Notes under the pieces: generated by a model
Database searches by the model: none
What the model was told of the DNA's origin: nothing
What the model saw: the letters and a program-made list of their open reading frames with translations, nothing else
NCBI GenBank assembly: GCA_964544225.1
Contig: CAZIZK010000001.1
Location: forward strand, 271,477-335,476
Reading direction: 5' to 3'
Length of the DNA stretch: 64,000 bases
From: an uncultured Candidatus Saccharibacteria bacterium
Lineage (GTDB): Bacteria > Patescibacteriota > Minisyncoccia > Phycocordibacterales > UBA9973
Translations under genes and position numbers: made by a program
In this document: positions 37,652 through 45,856 of the stretch, in pieces
How the letters are laid out: the number at the start of each line of letters is the position of its first letter
Position numbering within the stretch: the stretch's first letter is position 1

Positions 37652-38923
37652 ATGCAAAAGCCAAAGAAGACAACATTGAATAATGGGTTGCGGGTAGTGA
37701 CTGTGCCTATGAAGGATAACCCGACTGTGACAGTACTTGTATTGGTAGGTACAGGTAGCGACTATGAGGACAAGAGCGTAGGTGGTATATCGCACTTCCT
37801 AGAGCATATGTGCTTCAAGGGAACTAGCAAGAGGCCTACACCACAGAGTATCTCGCACGAGCTAGATTCACTAGGCTCTGTATACAATGCATTTACTGAC
37901 CACGAGATGACAGGCTACTATGCAAAGGCTGATAGTAAACATTTCAAAAAGATTTTTGAAATCATTTCCGATATTTATCTAAACTCGACATTTCCACAAA
38001 GTGAAATCGACAAGGAGAAGGGTGTAATAGTAGAGGAGATCAATATGTACGAGGATATGCCACACCGCCATGTACATGACTTGTTCGACGAGCTTCTGTA
38101 TGGTGACCAGCCAGCAGGGCGCAATATTGCCGGTACTCGCGAGATAGTGAAGAGCCTAAATAGGGAAGACTTTGTAAAGTATAAGAACACACATTATGTA
38201 TCAGGCGCCACCACTATATTTGTAGTGGGTAATGTGAAGGAGATGGATGTAAAGAATGAGGTTAAAAAATATTTTAAAGATATACCAACAAAGAAACAAT
38301 CAAAGAAGGTGAAGACTAAGGAGGCCCAAACAAAGCCAGAAGTATTGATCAAGCATAAAGTTACCGACCAGACACACTTTGTTCTGGGTGTTCGAAGCTT
38401 TGATATATTTGATAAACGCAATACAACGCTCGGAGTACTCGGTGCAGTACTTGGCGCGGGCATGAGCTCACGATTATTTATCAAGCTACGCGAGGAGATG
38501 GGTGTCGCGTATTATGTAAATGCTTACAATGACACAAGCCTTGATCATGGAGTGTTCAAGATATCGGCTGGAGTTTCCAATGATAGGGTAGAGGAAGTAT
38601 TGAAAGAAATATTAAAAGAGTGTAATAGGCTGTGTACCGAGGATGTATCAAAGAAGGAGCTCGACAAAGTAAAGTCACTGATAATAGGTAATACGAAGCT
38701 CGCCCTGGAAGCTACCGATGACATAGCCACATATTTCGGCCGTCAGGAGATACTGAAAGGCGAGATGAAGACAATAGAGGAAAGGGCAAAGATGGTAAAT
38801 GCTGTCACAGCGAAAGATATAAAGAAATTGGCCAAGACAATCTTTACCGAAAAGGCTTTAAACCTAACATTGATAGGCCCTTTTAAGGATAAAGCCAAAT
38901 TTACCAAATTGCTGACATTCTAG
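37652..38923 (+). CDS. M16-family zinc peptidase (insulinase-like)
   Basis: Inverted zinc motif HFLEHMCFKGT plus a downstream Glu. Confidence 0.85.
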   Translation: MQKPKKTTLNNGLRVVTVPMKDNPTVTVLVLVGTGSDYEDKSVGGISHFLEHMCFKGTSKRPTPQSISHELDSLGSVYNAFTDHEMTGYYAKADSKHFKKIFEIISDIYLNSTFPQSEIDKEKGVIVEEINMYEDMPHRHVHDLFDELLYGDQPAGRNIAGTREIVKSLNREDFVKYKNTHYVSGATTIFVVGNVKEMDVKNEVKKYFKDIPTKKQSKKVKTKEAQTKPEVLIKHKVTDQTHFVLGVRSFDIFDKRNTTLGVLGAVLGAGMSSRLFIKLREEMGVAYYVNAYNDTSLDHGVFKISAGVSNDRVEEVLKEILKECNRLCTEDVSKKELDKVKSLIIGNTKLALEATDDIATYFGRQEILKGEMKTIEERAKMVNAVTAKDIKKLAKTIFTEKALNLTLIGPFKDKAKFTKLLTF

Positions 38924-38929
38924 GATATT

Positions 38930-40015
38930 GTGGTATTATCTAGGTATATGTCAGACAATAATAGAAATGTATCAATAAATATATCAACAAGCACACTGTT
39001 TAAGATAGTGCTTATTGGTGTGCTCATATTAGCAATAGTAAAGTTACGTTCGTTAGTATTGGTTATATTAACAGCTATCGTTGTTGCTTCTTTTATCACA
39101 TCGGCTGTTGATAAAATGAAGAAATATATTAAAAACAGAACATTATCTGTCTTCTTGATATACCTAGTATCATTTGGTATTGTCGCAGGATTATTCTCAG
39201 TCTTCATACCAGTCTTTATAGAGGAAATGTCCACATTGGTAGCACAATTAGGGAATTATATCCCAAAGACAAGTATATTTTCTACCTTTGAGCCAGACAC
39301 AACTAGCGCCGCAAAAGATGTAGTAGAAAGTTTGTCCGGCAAGGGGTCACTAAAAGATGTAATCCAAAGTACCCAAGGCTTAATGCAGAGCATCTCGGGT
39401 GGGTTCTTCAATGTGTTCGGAACAGCCTTTGGGGGAGTCCTCAATATGGTTTTGATAGTTATTATATCTTTTTATTTATCAATAAAAGAAAAAGGCATCG
39501 AGGGGTTCTTGCGCATCATTACACCTGCATCACACGAAGAGTATGTAATAGGTTTGTGGCAAAGAACCGAGAGGAAGATTGGTTTGTGGATCCAAGGCCA
39601 GATGTTATTGGGTTTGATAATAGGTACGCTTACATATCTAGGGCTAACTATATTGGGTGTAAAGTATGCTTTCGTATTAGCACTTATAACTGCATTTACC
39701 GAATTGATACCTTTTGGACTTCTGATCGCTATTGTTCCAGCTGTTATGTTTAGTTATCTAGATGGGGGTATTACACTATCACTTATGACATTTGGCTTGT
39801 ATATGATATTGCATCAATTTGAAACATATCTAATCCAACCACTAATTGTAAAGAAGGTTACAGGGGTCCCACCACTTGTGGTTATATTATCTGTTTTAAT
39901 AGGTTACGAATTGGCCGGATTCTGGGGTATTATATTGGCTATGCCTGTAGCCGTATTCCTATTAGAATTTGTGGACGACCTAGAGAAGAAGAAGATATTG
40001 TCCCGAACGAATTAG
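38930..40015 (+). CDS. AI-2E family transporter (UPF0118/PerM-like membrane protein)
   Basis: Eight predicted transmembrane helices and conserved C-terminal region LIGYELAGFWGIILAMPVAVFL. Confidence 0.7.
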   Translation: MVLSRYMSDNNRNVSINISTSTLFKIVLIGVLILAIVKLRSLVLVILTAIVVASFITSAVDKMKKYIKNRTLSVFLIYLVSFGIVAGLFSVFIPVFIEEMSTLVAQLGNYIPKTSIFSTFEPDTTSAAKDVVESLSGKGSLKDVIQSTQGLMQSISGGFFNVFGTAFGGVLNMVLIVIISFYLSIKEKGIEGFLRIITPASHEEYVIGLWQRTERKIGLWIQGQMLLGLIIGTLTYLGLTILGVKYAFVLALITAFTELIPFGLLIAIVPAVMFSYLDGGITLSLMTFGLYMILHQFETYLIQPLIVKKVTGVPPLVVILSVLIGYELAGFWGIILAMPVAVFLLEFVDDLEKKKILSRTN

Positions 40016-40016
40016 T

Positions 40017-41468
40017 ATGAACAATAAAGTATTTTATATTACGACAACATTACCATACGTAAATGCACCATTGCACATGGGGCACGCTCTTGAGTTCGTG
40101 CGTGTAGACACCATAGCCCGCTACAAGAAGCTGGTAGGGTACGATGTGTATTTCAACACTGGTACCGACGAGCATGGAGTAAAAATATTTGAGAAAGCAC
40201 AAGAGAATAATCTAACAGCTCAAGAGTTCGTAGACCAAGGCTTCGCTACTTTCAAAGAACAGTTGGTAATGTTCGGCGTTACCGATGATGTACACTTTAT
40301 CCGCACTACAGACAAGCATCATGAAAAGGCCGCCCAGGAATTGTGGAAGAGGGTACAAGAAAATGGCTATATCTACAAGAAGAACTATGAGGCTAAATAT
40401 TGTGTTGGTTGCGAGAGCGAGAAGACTGATTCAGAATTGAATGATGACGGCGAATGTCCCGACCACCCAGGCCGACCACTTGAGACAATAAATGAAGAGA
40501 ACTATTTCTTTAAATATTCTGCATTTACCGACAAGCTCCTAGACTTTTATGCAAAGAATCCAAATTTTGTAATACCCGAATTCCGATATAACGAGATGAA
40601 GAGTTTCGTATCTGGAGGACTCCAAGACTTTTCTATATCACGTATCAAATCAAAGATGCCTTGGGGTATACCTGTGCCAGGCGACGACACTCAGGTGATG
40701 TACGTATGGTTCGATGCATTGACCAACTATATATCTACACTGGGCTGGCCCGACGAGGCAAGTGACTTCGATAAATACTGGGTCAATGGTAACCCTACAC
40801 AGTACTGTGGCAAGGATAATACCCGATTCCAGAGCGCAATGTGGCAAGCCATGCTCATGGCAGCAGGGGTACCAAATAGTCACCAGATAGTGGTAAACGG
40901 CTTCATAACAGCCGATGGGGGCCTGAAGATGAGTAAGACTCTGGGTAATGTTGTAGACCCGCGTGATGTAGTGGCCGAATATGGAACTGATGCATTGCGC
41001 TACTTCCTACTGCGAGAAATCAGTAATTTCGAGGACAGCCCGTTTACTATTGAAAGATTCAAAGATGCGTATAATTCGGGTCTGGCCAATGGTATTGGTA
41101 ACTTATCTTCACGCTTGTTGAACTTGTCTGAGAAATATTTAGACAAGGTAGAAATATCAGAACTGAATGAGGATTTAATATACAAAGAATTCTTCAATCA
41201 TTTGGATAATTTCCAAATCAATAAAGCTATGGATATGGTGTGGGTAAAGATAGGGGATTTGGACAAGAAGATCCAAGAGACAGAACCATTTAAGGTGATA
41301 AAAGTAGATCCTGATCGAGGTAAAGGTTTGATACACGAGATGGTAGTAGAGCTATATTCTATTGCTCGTATGCTCGCACCGATCATGCCAGAAACAAGCC
41401 ATAAACTTATGGAATATATTGTAGATAACAAAAAGCCAACTGAGCCACTATTTTTAAGAAAAGATTAA
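40017..41468 (+). CDS. metG: Methionyl-tRNA synthetase
   Basis: PYVNAPLHMGHA (HIGH-type), zinc knuckle CVGCESEK...CPDH and KMSKTLGN (KMSKS). Confidence 0.95.
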   Translation: MNNKVFYITTTLPYVNAPLHMGHALEFVRVDTIARYKKLVGYDVYFNTGTDEHGVKIFEKAQENNLTAQEFVDQGFATFKEQLVMFGVTDDVHFIRTTDKHHEKAAQELWKRVQENGYIYKKNYEAKYCVGCESEKTDSELNDDGECPDHPGRPLETINEENYFFKYSAFTDKLLDFYAKNPNFVIPEFRYNEMKSFVSGGLQDFSISRIKSKMPWGIPVPGDDTQVMYVWFDALTNYISTLGWPDEASDFDKYWVNGNPTQYCGKDNTRFQSAMWQAMLMAAGVPNSHQIVVNGFITADGGLKMSKTLGNVVDPRDVVAEYGTDALRYFLLREISNFEDSPFTIERFKDAYNSGLANGIGNLSSRLLNLSEKYLDKVEISELNEDLIYKEFFNHLDNFQINKAMDMVWVKIGDLDKKIQETEPFKVIKVDPDRGKGLIHEMVVELYSIARMLAPIMPETSHKLMEYIVDNKKPTEPLFLRKD

Positions 41469-41469
41469 T

Positions 41470-42309
41470 ATGAATTTTAAATACATAGACATACATTCAC
41501 ATACAAACTTCAAAGCCTTTGATGAGGATAGGGACGAAGTGATAAAGAGGGCACTTGATGCGGGCGTTATGGTTATCAATGTGGGTACACAGATCGATAC
41601 TTCACGCAAAGCGGTAGAGATGGCACATCAATACGATGGCGTGTATGCGATCATAGGGCTACACCCAATACACACAGGCGCATCGTATCACGATACGAAG
41701 GAGCTAGGTGAAGAGGGTAAGGCGTTCACTTCTCGTGGTGAAGTTTTCGACTACGAAGCTTACAAAGAACTATTAAAAGACCCAAAGGTGGTAGCAATAG
41801 GTGAGTGTGGGCTCGACTATTATCGTTGCACAGAAGAAACAATTGCAAAGCAGAAGGAGGCTTTTATAATGCAGATAGAATTGGCCAATGAATTCAACAA
41901 GCCACTGATGCTACATATTCGCAATAATCCAGAAGACAACTCTCGCAATGCATATGCCGACGCATTGGCAATACTAAAGGAGTACGCAAAGGTAAAGGGT
42001 GATGTGCATTTCTTTGCAGGTACACTTGTGGATGCGAAAGCCTTCAATGATTTTGGCTTTACACTTTCATTTACCGGAGTGGTAACATTTACCCATGATT
42101 ATGATGAAGTAGTACGCCAGACACCATTGGATATGATAATGTCGGAAACCGATTCACCATATATCACCCCTGTACCATACCGAGGCAAGCGCAATGAGCC
42201 TGTGTATGTTATAGAAGTGGTGAAAAAGATAGCTGAAATAAAGGGCCTATCCGAGGCCGAGGTAGCCGAGGCCCTAATGGCCAATGCTAAGAGGGTTTTT
42301 GACATATAG
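41470..42309 (+). CDS. tatD: TatD-family metal-dependent deoxyribonuclease/hydrolase
   Basis: IDIHSHTNF and GECGLDYY motifs. The gene directly follows metG, as in many bacteria. Confidence 0.85.
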   Translation: MNFKYIDIHSHTNFKAFDEDRDEVIKRALDAGVMVINVGTQIDTSRKAVEMAHQYDGVYAIIGLHPIHTGASYHDTKELGEEGKAFTSRGEVFDYEAYKELLKDPKVVAIGECGLDYYRCTEETIAKQKEAFIMQIELANEFNKPLMLHIRNNPEDNSRNAYADALAILKEYAKVKGDVHFFAGTLVDAKAFNDFGFTLSFTGVVTFTHDYDEVVRQTPLDMIMSETDSPYITPVPYRGKRNEPVYVIEVVKKIAEIKGLSEAEVAEALMANAKRVFDI

Positions 42310-42334
42310 GCACTTTTTTGGTAATATAACCCCA

Positions 42335-42400
42335 CATCTCGTTTGTCTTGGCTCTGAATCCAAGACACTTTGGTCCGTAGCGGGGTGGTATTATTAAATT
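42335..42400 (+). promoter_or_regulatory. Candidate structured leader upstream of rpsF (possible S6:S18-binding autoregulatory element)
   Basis: 7-bp hairpin gtcttgg-ctctgaat-ccaagac, flanked by ccc/ggg-pairing segments and a CCG-containing tract, immediately 5' of rpsF. Confidence 0.25.
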
Positions 42401-42418
42401 AAAATTAAACGTATTTCT

Positions 42419-42886
42419 ATGGAAAAAGAAGCAAAAATGACCGTATATGAAGTCGGATACCTTTTGGTACCAACTATCGCGGAAGAAAATGTAGGTGGTG
42501 AAGTTACAAACTTGAAGGATATGCTAGCTTCAAATGGGGCACAATTCATCTCTGATGAGTTCCCAAAGATGATGGAGCTTGCGTACCAGATGTCACGTGA
42601 CATTGCCAACAAGAAGAACAAGTTTACTACAGGCTACTTTGGCTGGGTAAAGTTCGAACTTCCAACCGAGAACGCTTTGACTGTAAAAGGCAATCTTGAT
42701 CGAAATGAGTCTATTATAAGATACCTTATGATAAAGACAGTTCGTGAGAGTACAATGTCTACAAAGCGTACTTATACAAAGGATGCTACAAAGCGCCGTA
42801 CTACACCAAGTGCAGATGCAGCCCCAGTAGAGCCAATGAATGAAGAAGTTATAGACAAGGAAATAGACGCTCTTGTGTTAGAATAA
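42419..42886 (+). CDS. rpsF: 30S ribosomal protein S6 (with acidic C-terminal extension)
   Basis: The YEVGYLLVP...MELAYQM...GYFGWVKFE...RYLMIK pattern matches S6, and it is the first gene of an rpsF-ssb-rpsR operon. The start may be the second ATG at 42437. Confidence 0.85.
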   Translation: MEKEAKMTVYEVGYLLVPTIAEENVGGEVTNLKDMLASNGAQFISDEFPKMMELAYQMSRDIANKKNKFTTGYFGWVKFELPTENALTVKGNLDRNESIIRYLMIKTVRESTMSTKRTYTKDATKRRTTPSADAAPVEPMNEEVIDKEIDALVLE

Positions 42887-42915
42887 AGTTATTAGTCACC
42901 TAATTAACTAAATAT

Positions 42916-43371
42916 ATGTATCTAAACAAAGCATTGATAATAGGGAACCTGACTCGTGATCCAGAGCTAAAGACTCTCCCTTCAGGTATAAAGGTGTGTA
43001 GTTTCTCAGTAGCAACGAACCGTGTTTGGAAGGACCAAAACGGTGCTCGTCAAGAAGCTGCTGATTATCACAATGTAGTCGTATTCGGTCGCCAAGCCGA
43101 GACAGTTGCCCAGTATATGAAGAAGGGTAGCAACCTATTGGTAGAGGGCCGTATGCAGACACGTAGTTGGGATGATCAAGCTACAGGTACAAAGAAGTAT
43201 CGTACAGAAGTAGTTGCAGATCGTGTACAGTTTGGTAACGCAGGTGGTGCAGGGGGAACACAGGGTTCTGCCCCAAAGCAGTCAGCTCCACAAGGAGAAA
43301 GTGAAGACAGTAATCTCGACACTATCGACTACCCACAAGACGACATCACTTCCGAGGACATTCCGTTCTAA
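42916..43371 (+). CDS. ssb: Single-stranded DNA-binding protein
   Basis: N-terminal OB fold (NKALIIGNLTRDPELK), Gly-rich tail and acidic C-terminus ending DIPF. Confidence 0.92.
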   Translation: MYLNKALIIGNLTRDPELKTLPSGIKVCSFSVATNRVWKDQNGARQEAADYHNVVVFGRQAETVAQYMKKGSNLLVEGRMQTRSWDDQATGTKKYRTEVVADRVQFGNAGGAGGTQGSAPKQSAPQGESEDSNLDTIDYPQDDITSEDIPF

Positions 43372-43397
43372 ACAATTAAAAGTTAAATTATAAAATT

Positions 43398-43598
43398 ATG
43401 AAACAAGATTATTTCTCTTCAAACAATATAAAGCATATTGACTACAAGGATACAGAACTACTTCGCCGTTTCCTTGCCCCAAACGCTCGTATGATGGCAC
43501 GCCGCCGTACAAACGTTACAGCAAAGAACCAGCGCAAGCTATCTGAAGCTATCAAGCGCGCCCGCTTTATGGGCCTACTCCCATTCGTAGCAAAATAA
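43398..43598 (+). CDS. rpsR: 30S ribosomal protein S18
   Basis: DYKDTELLRRFL...ARRRTNVTAKNQRKLSEAIKRARFMGLLPF. Confidence 0.95.
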   Translation: MKQDYFSSNNIKHIDYKDTELLRRFLAPNARMMARRRTNVTAKNQRKLSEAIKRARFMGLLPFVAK

Positions 43599-43606
43599 GC
43601 TAAAAT

Positions 43607-43640
43607 AAAAATCCCCACATTGTGGGGATTTTTATTTTGT
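43607..43640. terminator. Bidirectional rho-independent terminator between the convergent rpsR and efp genes
   Basis: aaaaatcccca-cattg-tggggatttttatttt. Confidence 0.7.
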
Positions 43641-43643
43641 ATT

Positions 43644-44222
43644 TTATTCAGTTACTCTTTCTACGTAGTCGCCAGTTTCGGTGTTGATACGGATCTTGTC
43701 ACCAGTGTTTAGGAAGAAGGGGACATTTATATTGATACCATTCTCCAATACTACTACCTTGCCTCCGCCATTGGCTGTGTTGCCTTTTATAGATGGGGGA
43801 GCCTCCTTTATGATAAACTCCATCTTTACTGGCAATTTGATGCTGATTATCTGATCCTCACCATCATTGTCCCAGACAAGAGCTGTAACATTTTCATTTG
43901 GCTTTAGGAATTTTGTAGATGTACCTAACACAGCTTCAGATAATTGGAAGCGGTCCTTTGGGTTTGTAGGGTCGCAGAACCAGTATTCACCCTTGTTCGC
44001 AAATAGGAACTTGACCTCCTTTTTGTTTACATCTGCTTCGTGGGCTTTGTCGGAAGCATGGAAGGTAGTGTTCACTGTACGACCAGTAATAAGACTCTTC
44101 AGCTTTACCTGGTTCTGAGGCTTCCTCTGCTGAGTGCGGGCTACATGACTCTCGAGCACTTCACAAGGCTCATCCTCGTATATAATAATCTTCTTTTCTT
44201 TGATTTCTGAATATTCTAACAT
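43644..44222 (-). CDS. efp: Elongation factor P (atypical modification loop)
   Basis: The three-domain EF-P pattern aligns with E. coli EF-P over the full length, including KGDTAGTGGK-like GNTANGGGK. The KPGKGQA loop is replaced by RTQQRKP. Confidence 0.88.
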   Translation of the reverse strand: MLEYSEIKEKKIIIYEDEPCEVLESHVARTQQRKPQNQVKLKSLITGRTVNTTFHASDKAHEADVNKKEVKFLFANKGEYWFCDPTNPKDRFQLSEAVLGTSTKFLKPNENVTALVWDNDGEDQIISIKLPVKMEFIIKEAPPSIKGNTANGGGKVVVLENGININVPFFLNTGDKIRINTETGDYVERVTE

Positions 44223-44267
44223 AGGCTTTTTATAACAAATTTATAATATAAAAACAAGTAAAATAAA

Positions 44268-44381
44268 AGTATTACATAGTCTCTTTGTAGGGGGTTTTGC
44301 GAGCGACTGGCGAGCAAACTTCAGGATTTTTTAAGCTTCAAAAAATCCGTACCCGGAAAAGAGAGCTATGTAATACTTTTT
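44268..44381. repeat. Long imperfect inverted repeat (18-bp arms, ~75-nt spacer) with an internal 9-bp hairpin, between recA and efp
   Basis: agtattacatagtctctt ... aagagagctatgtaatact form the outer arms, with an internal ggatttttt-aagcttc-aaaaaatcc hairpin. Confidence 0.4.
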
Positions 44382-44387
44382 TAATAA

Positions 44388-45434
44388 CTATTCTCCACTA
44401 CTTACTACCTGGATCTCGCCAAAGCGAGAGCGGACTTCCTTTAGGATACTGTCAGCAACTTTCTTATTTTCCTTTAGCCATGTGCGTGTAGCGTCATAGC
44501 CACGACCCATAGATACTTTGTTACCTTCTTTGTCTTTCATAGAGTATGAAGCACCAGACTTTTCTATTATGCCTAGCTTCTCACCGAGTGCCATGATCTC
44601 ACCCTCGCGTGAGATACCCTCACCATACAGTATATCGAACTCTGTTTGCTTGAATGGGGCAGCGACTTTATTCTTTACCACCTTTACACGTGTACGGCTA
44701 CCTACAACCTCTTCACCCTTCTTTATCTGGGCGATACGGCGGATGTCTAGGCGAATAGATGTATAGAACTTCAAAGCCTTACCACCCGGAGTAGTCTCTG
44801 GATTACCAAACATGATACCGATCTGCATACGGATCTGGTTGATAAATATCACAACAGTGTTTGAACGGGCTACAATGGCAGTCAATTTGCGGAGTGCTTG
44901 TGACATAAGACGAGCTTGCTTACCCACATGGCTCTGACCCATATCACCCTCGATCTCATCTTTTGGAGTCAACGCTGCTACAGAGTCGATAACAATAACG
45001 TCTATCTTGCCAGAACGAACCAGACTCTCTGTAATCTCTAGGCCTTGTTCACCAGTGTCTGGCTGTGATATTAGAAGTTCTTTTATATTTACACCCAACT
45101 TCTTTGCATACTCTGGGTCCATTGCATGTTCAGCATCTATATATGCACATACGCCACCCTTTTTCTGAGCTTCGGCTACTATATGTAGGGCTAGGGTTGT
45201 CTTACCAGATGACTCTGGGCCAAATATCTCGATCATTCTTCCGCGTGGTACACCACCTACACCAAGAGCCATGTCTAGACCAATAGATCCAGTAGGGATC
45301 ACGTCTATATCTACCTTTGGAGCGTCACCCATCTTCATGATCGCACCTTCACCGAACTTTGTCTGGATAGAACGGATTGTATCTTCTATCGCTCCGCCCA
45401 TCTCCTTTGGGGCCTTTTTTGCTTTCTTTTGCAT
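44388..45434 (-). CDS. recA: Recombinase RecA
   Basis: Walker [25 protein letters not shown]1/L2 loop motifs and the N-terminal [17 protein letters not shown]. Confidence 0.97.
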   Translation of the reverse strand: MQKKAKKAPKEMGGAIEDTIRSIQTKFGEGAIMKMGDAPKVDIDVIPTGSIGLDMALGVGGVPRGRMIEIFGPESSGKTTLALHIVAEAQKKGGVCAYIDAEHAMDPEYAKKLGVNIKELLISQPDTGEQGLEITESLVRSGKIDVIVIDSVAALTPKDEIEGDMGQSHVGKQARLMSQALRKLTAIVARSNTVVIFINQIRMQIGIMFGNPETTPGGKALKFYTSIRLDIRRIAQIKKGEEVVGSRTRVKVVKNKVAAPFKQTEFDILYGEGISREGEIMALGEKLGIIEKSGASYSMKDKEGNKVSMGRGYDATRTWLKENKKVADSILKEVRSRFGEIQVVSSGE

Positions 45435-45452
45435 ATATTATTTAAAATTAAT

Positions 45453-45851
45453 TTATAAATTTGTATTTGTTACTTGGTATGCGACTGATTTGTTGTTGGC
45501 TGTGTACACTTGCATCGTCTTTTCTTTCATCTTTCCGAATTGGTCTGTAGCGGTGAGTGTAATAATGGAGAATCCAGAGGGGAGAGCAACACTATCTGTA
45601 AATGACCCATCTTTGTCTATGTATATCTCTCGGCCATTGATAGCAAAGTGCACAGCATTCTTTGCAAAGCCCGATATCTGGGACACACCAGTGTTCTCTG
45701 TATAATTGTTTATATTTGCTTTTATGTTCACACCGTAGAATATCTCGCGCATCTGTACAAAACTATAAACACTGATAGTAACAAACAGGAATACTGACAA
45801 AGATGCCCGTACCCAGAATGCTATATTTTTGTTGTTTATACTTTTTTTCAT
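45453..45851 (-). CDS. Hypothetical membrane-anchored small protein
   Basis: 132-aa ORF with an N-terminal transmembrane helix (LSVFLFVTISVYSF), tightly packed between recA and ftsK. Confidence 0.4.
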   Translation of the reverse strand: MKKSINNKNIAFWVRASLSVFLFVTISVYSFVQMREIFYGVNIKANINNYTENTGVSQISGFAKNAVHFAINGREIYIDKDGSFTDSVALPSGFSIITLTATDQFGKMKEKTMQVYTANNKSVAYQVTNTNL

Positions 45852-45856
45852 AATAT

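Noticed and set aside
42350-42380. tRNA-like anticodon stem-loop (gtcttgg-ctctgaat-ccaagac) between tatD and rpsF; on the minus strand the loop would read a UCA anticodon
   Set aside because: The loop is 8 nt rather than 7. No D-arm, T-arm (GTTCRANYC) or acceptor stem can be built around it. I treat it as a leader or terminator structure instead.
44297-44491. 64-aa plus-strand ORF
   Set aside because: It overlaps the 3' end of recA on the opposite strand and the inverted-repeat region, and it has no coding signal.
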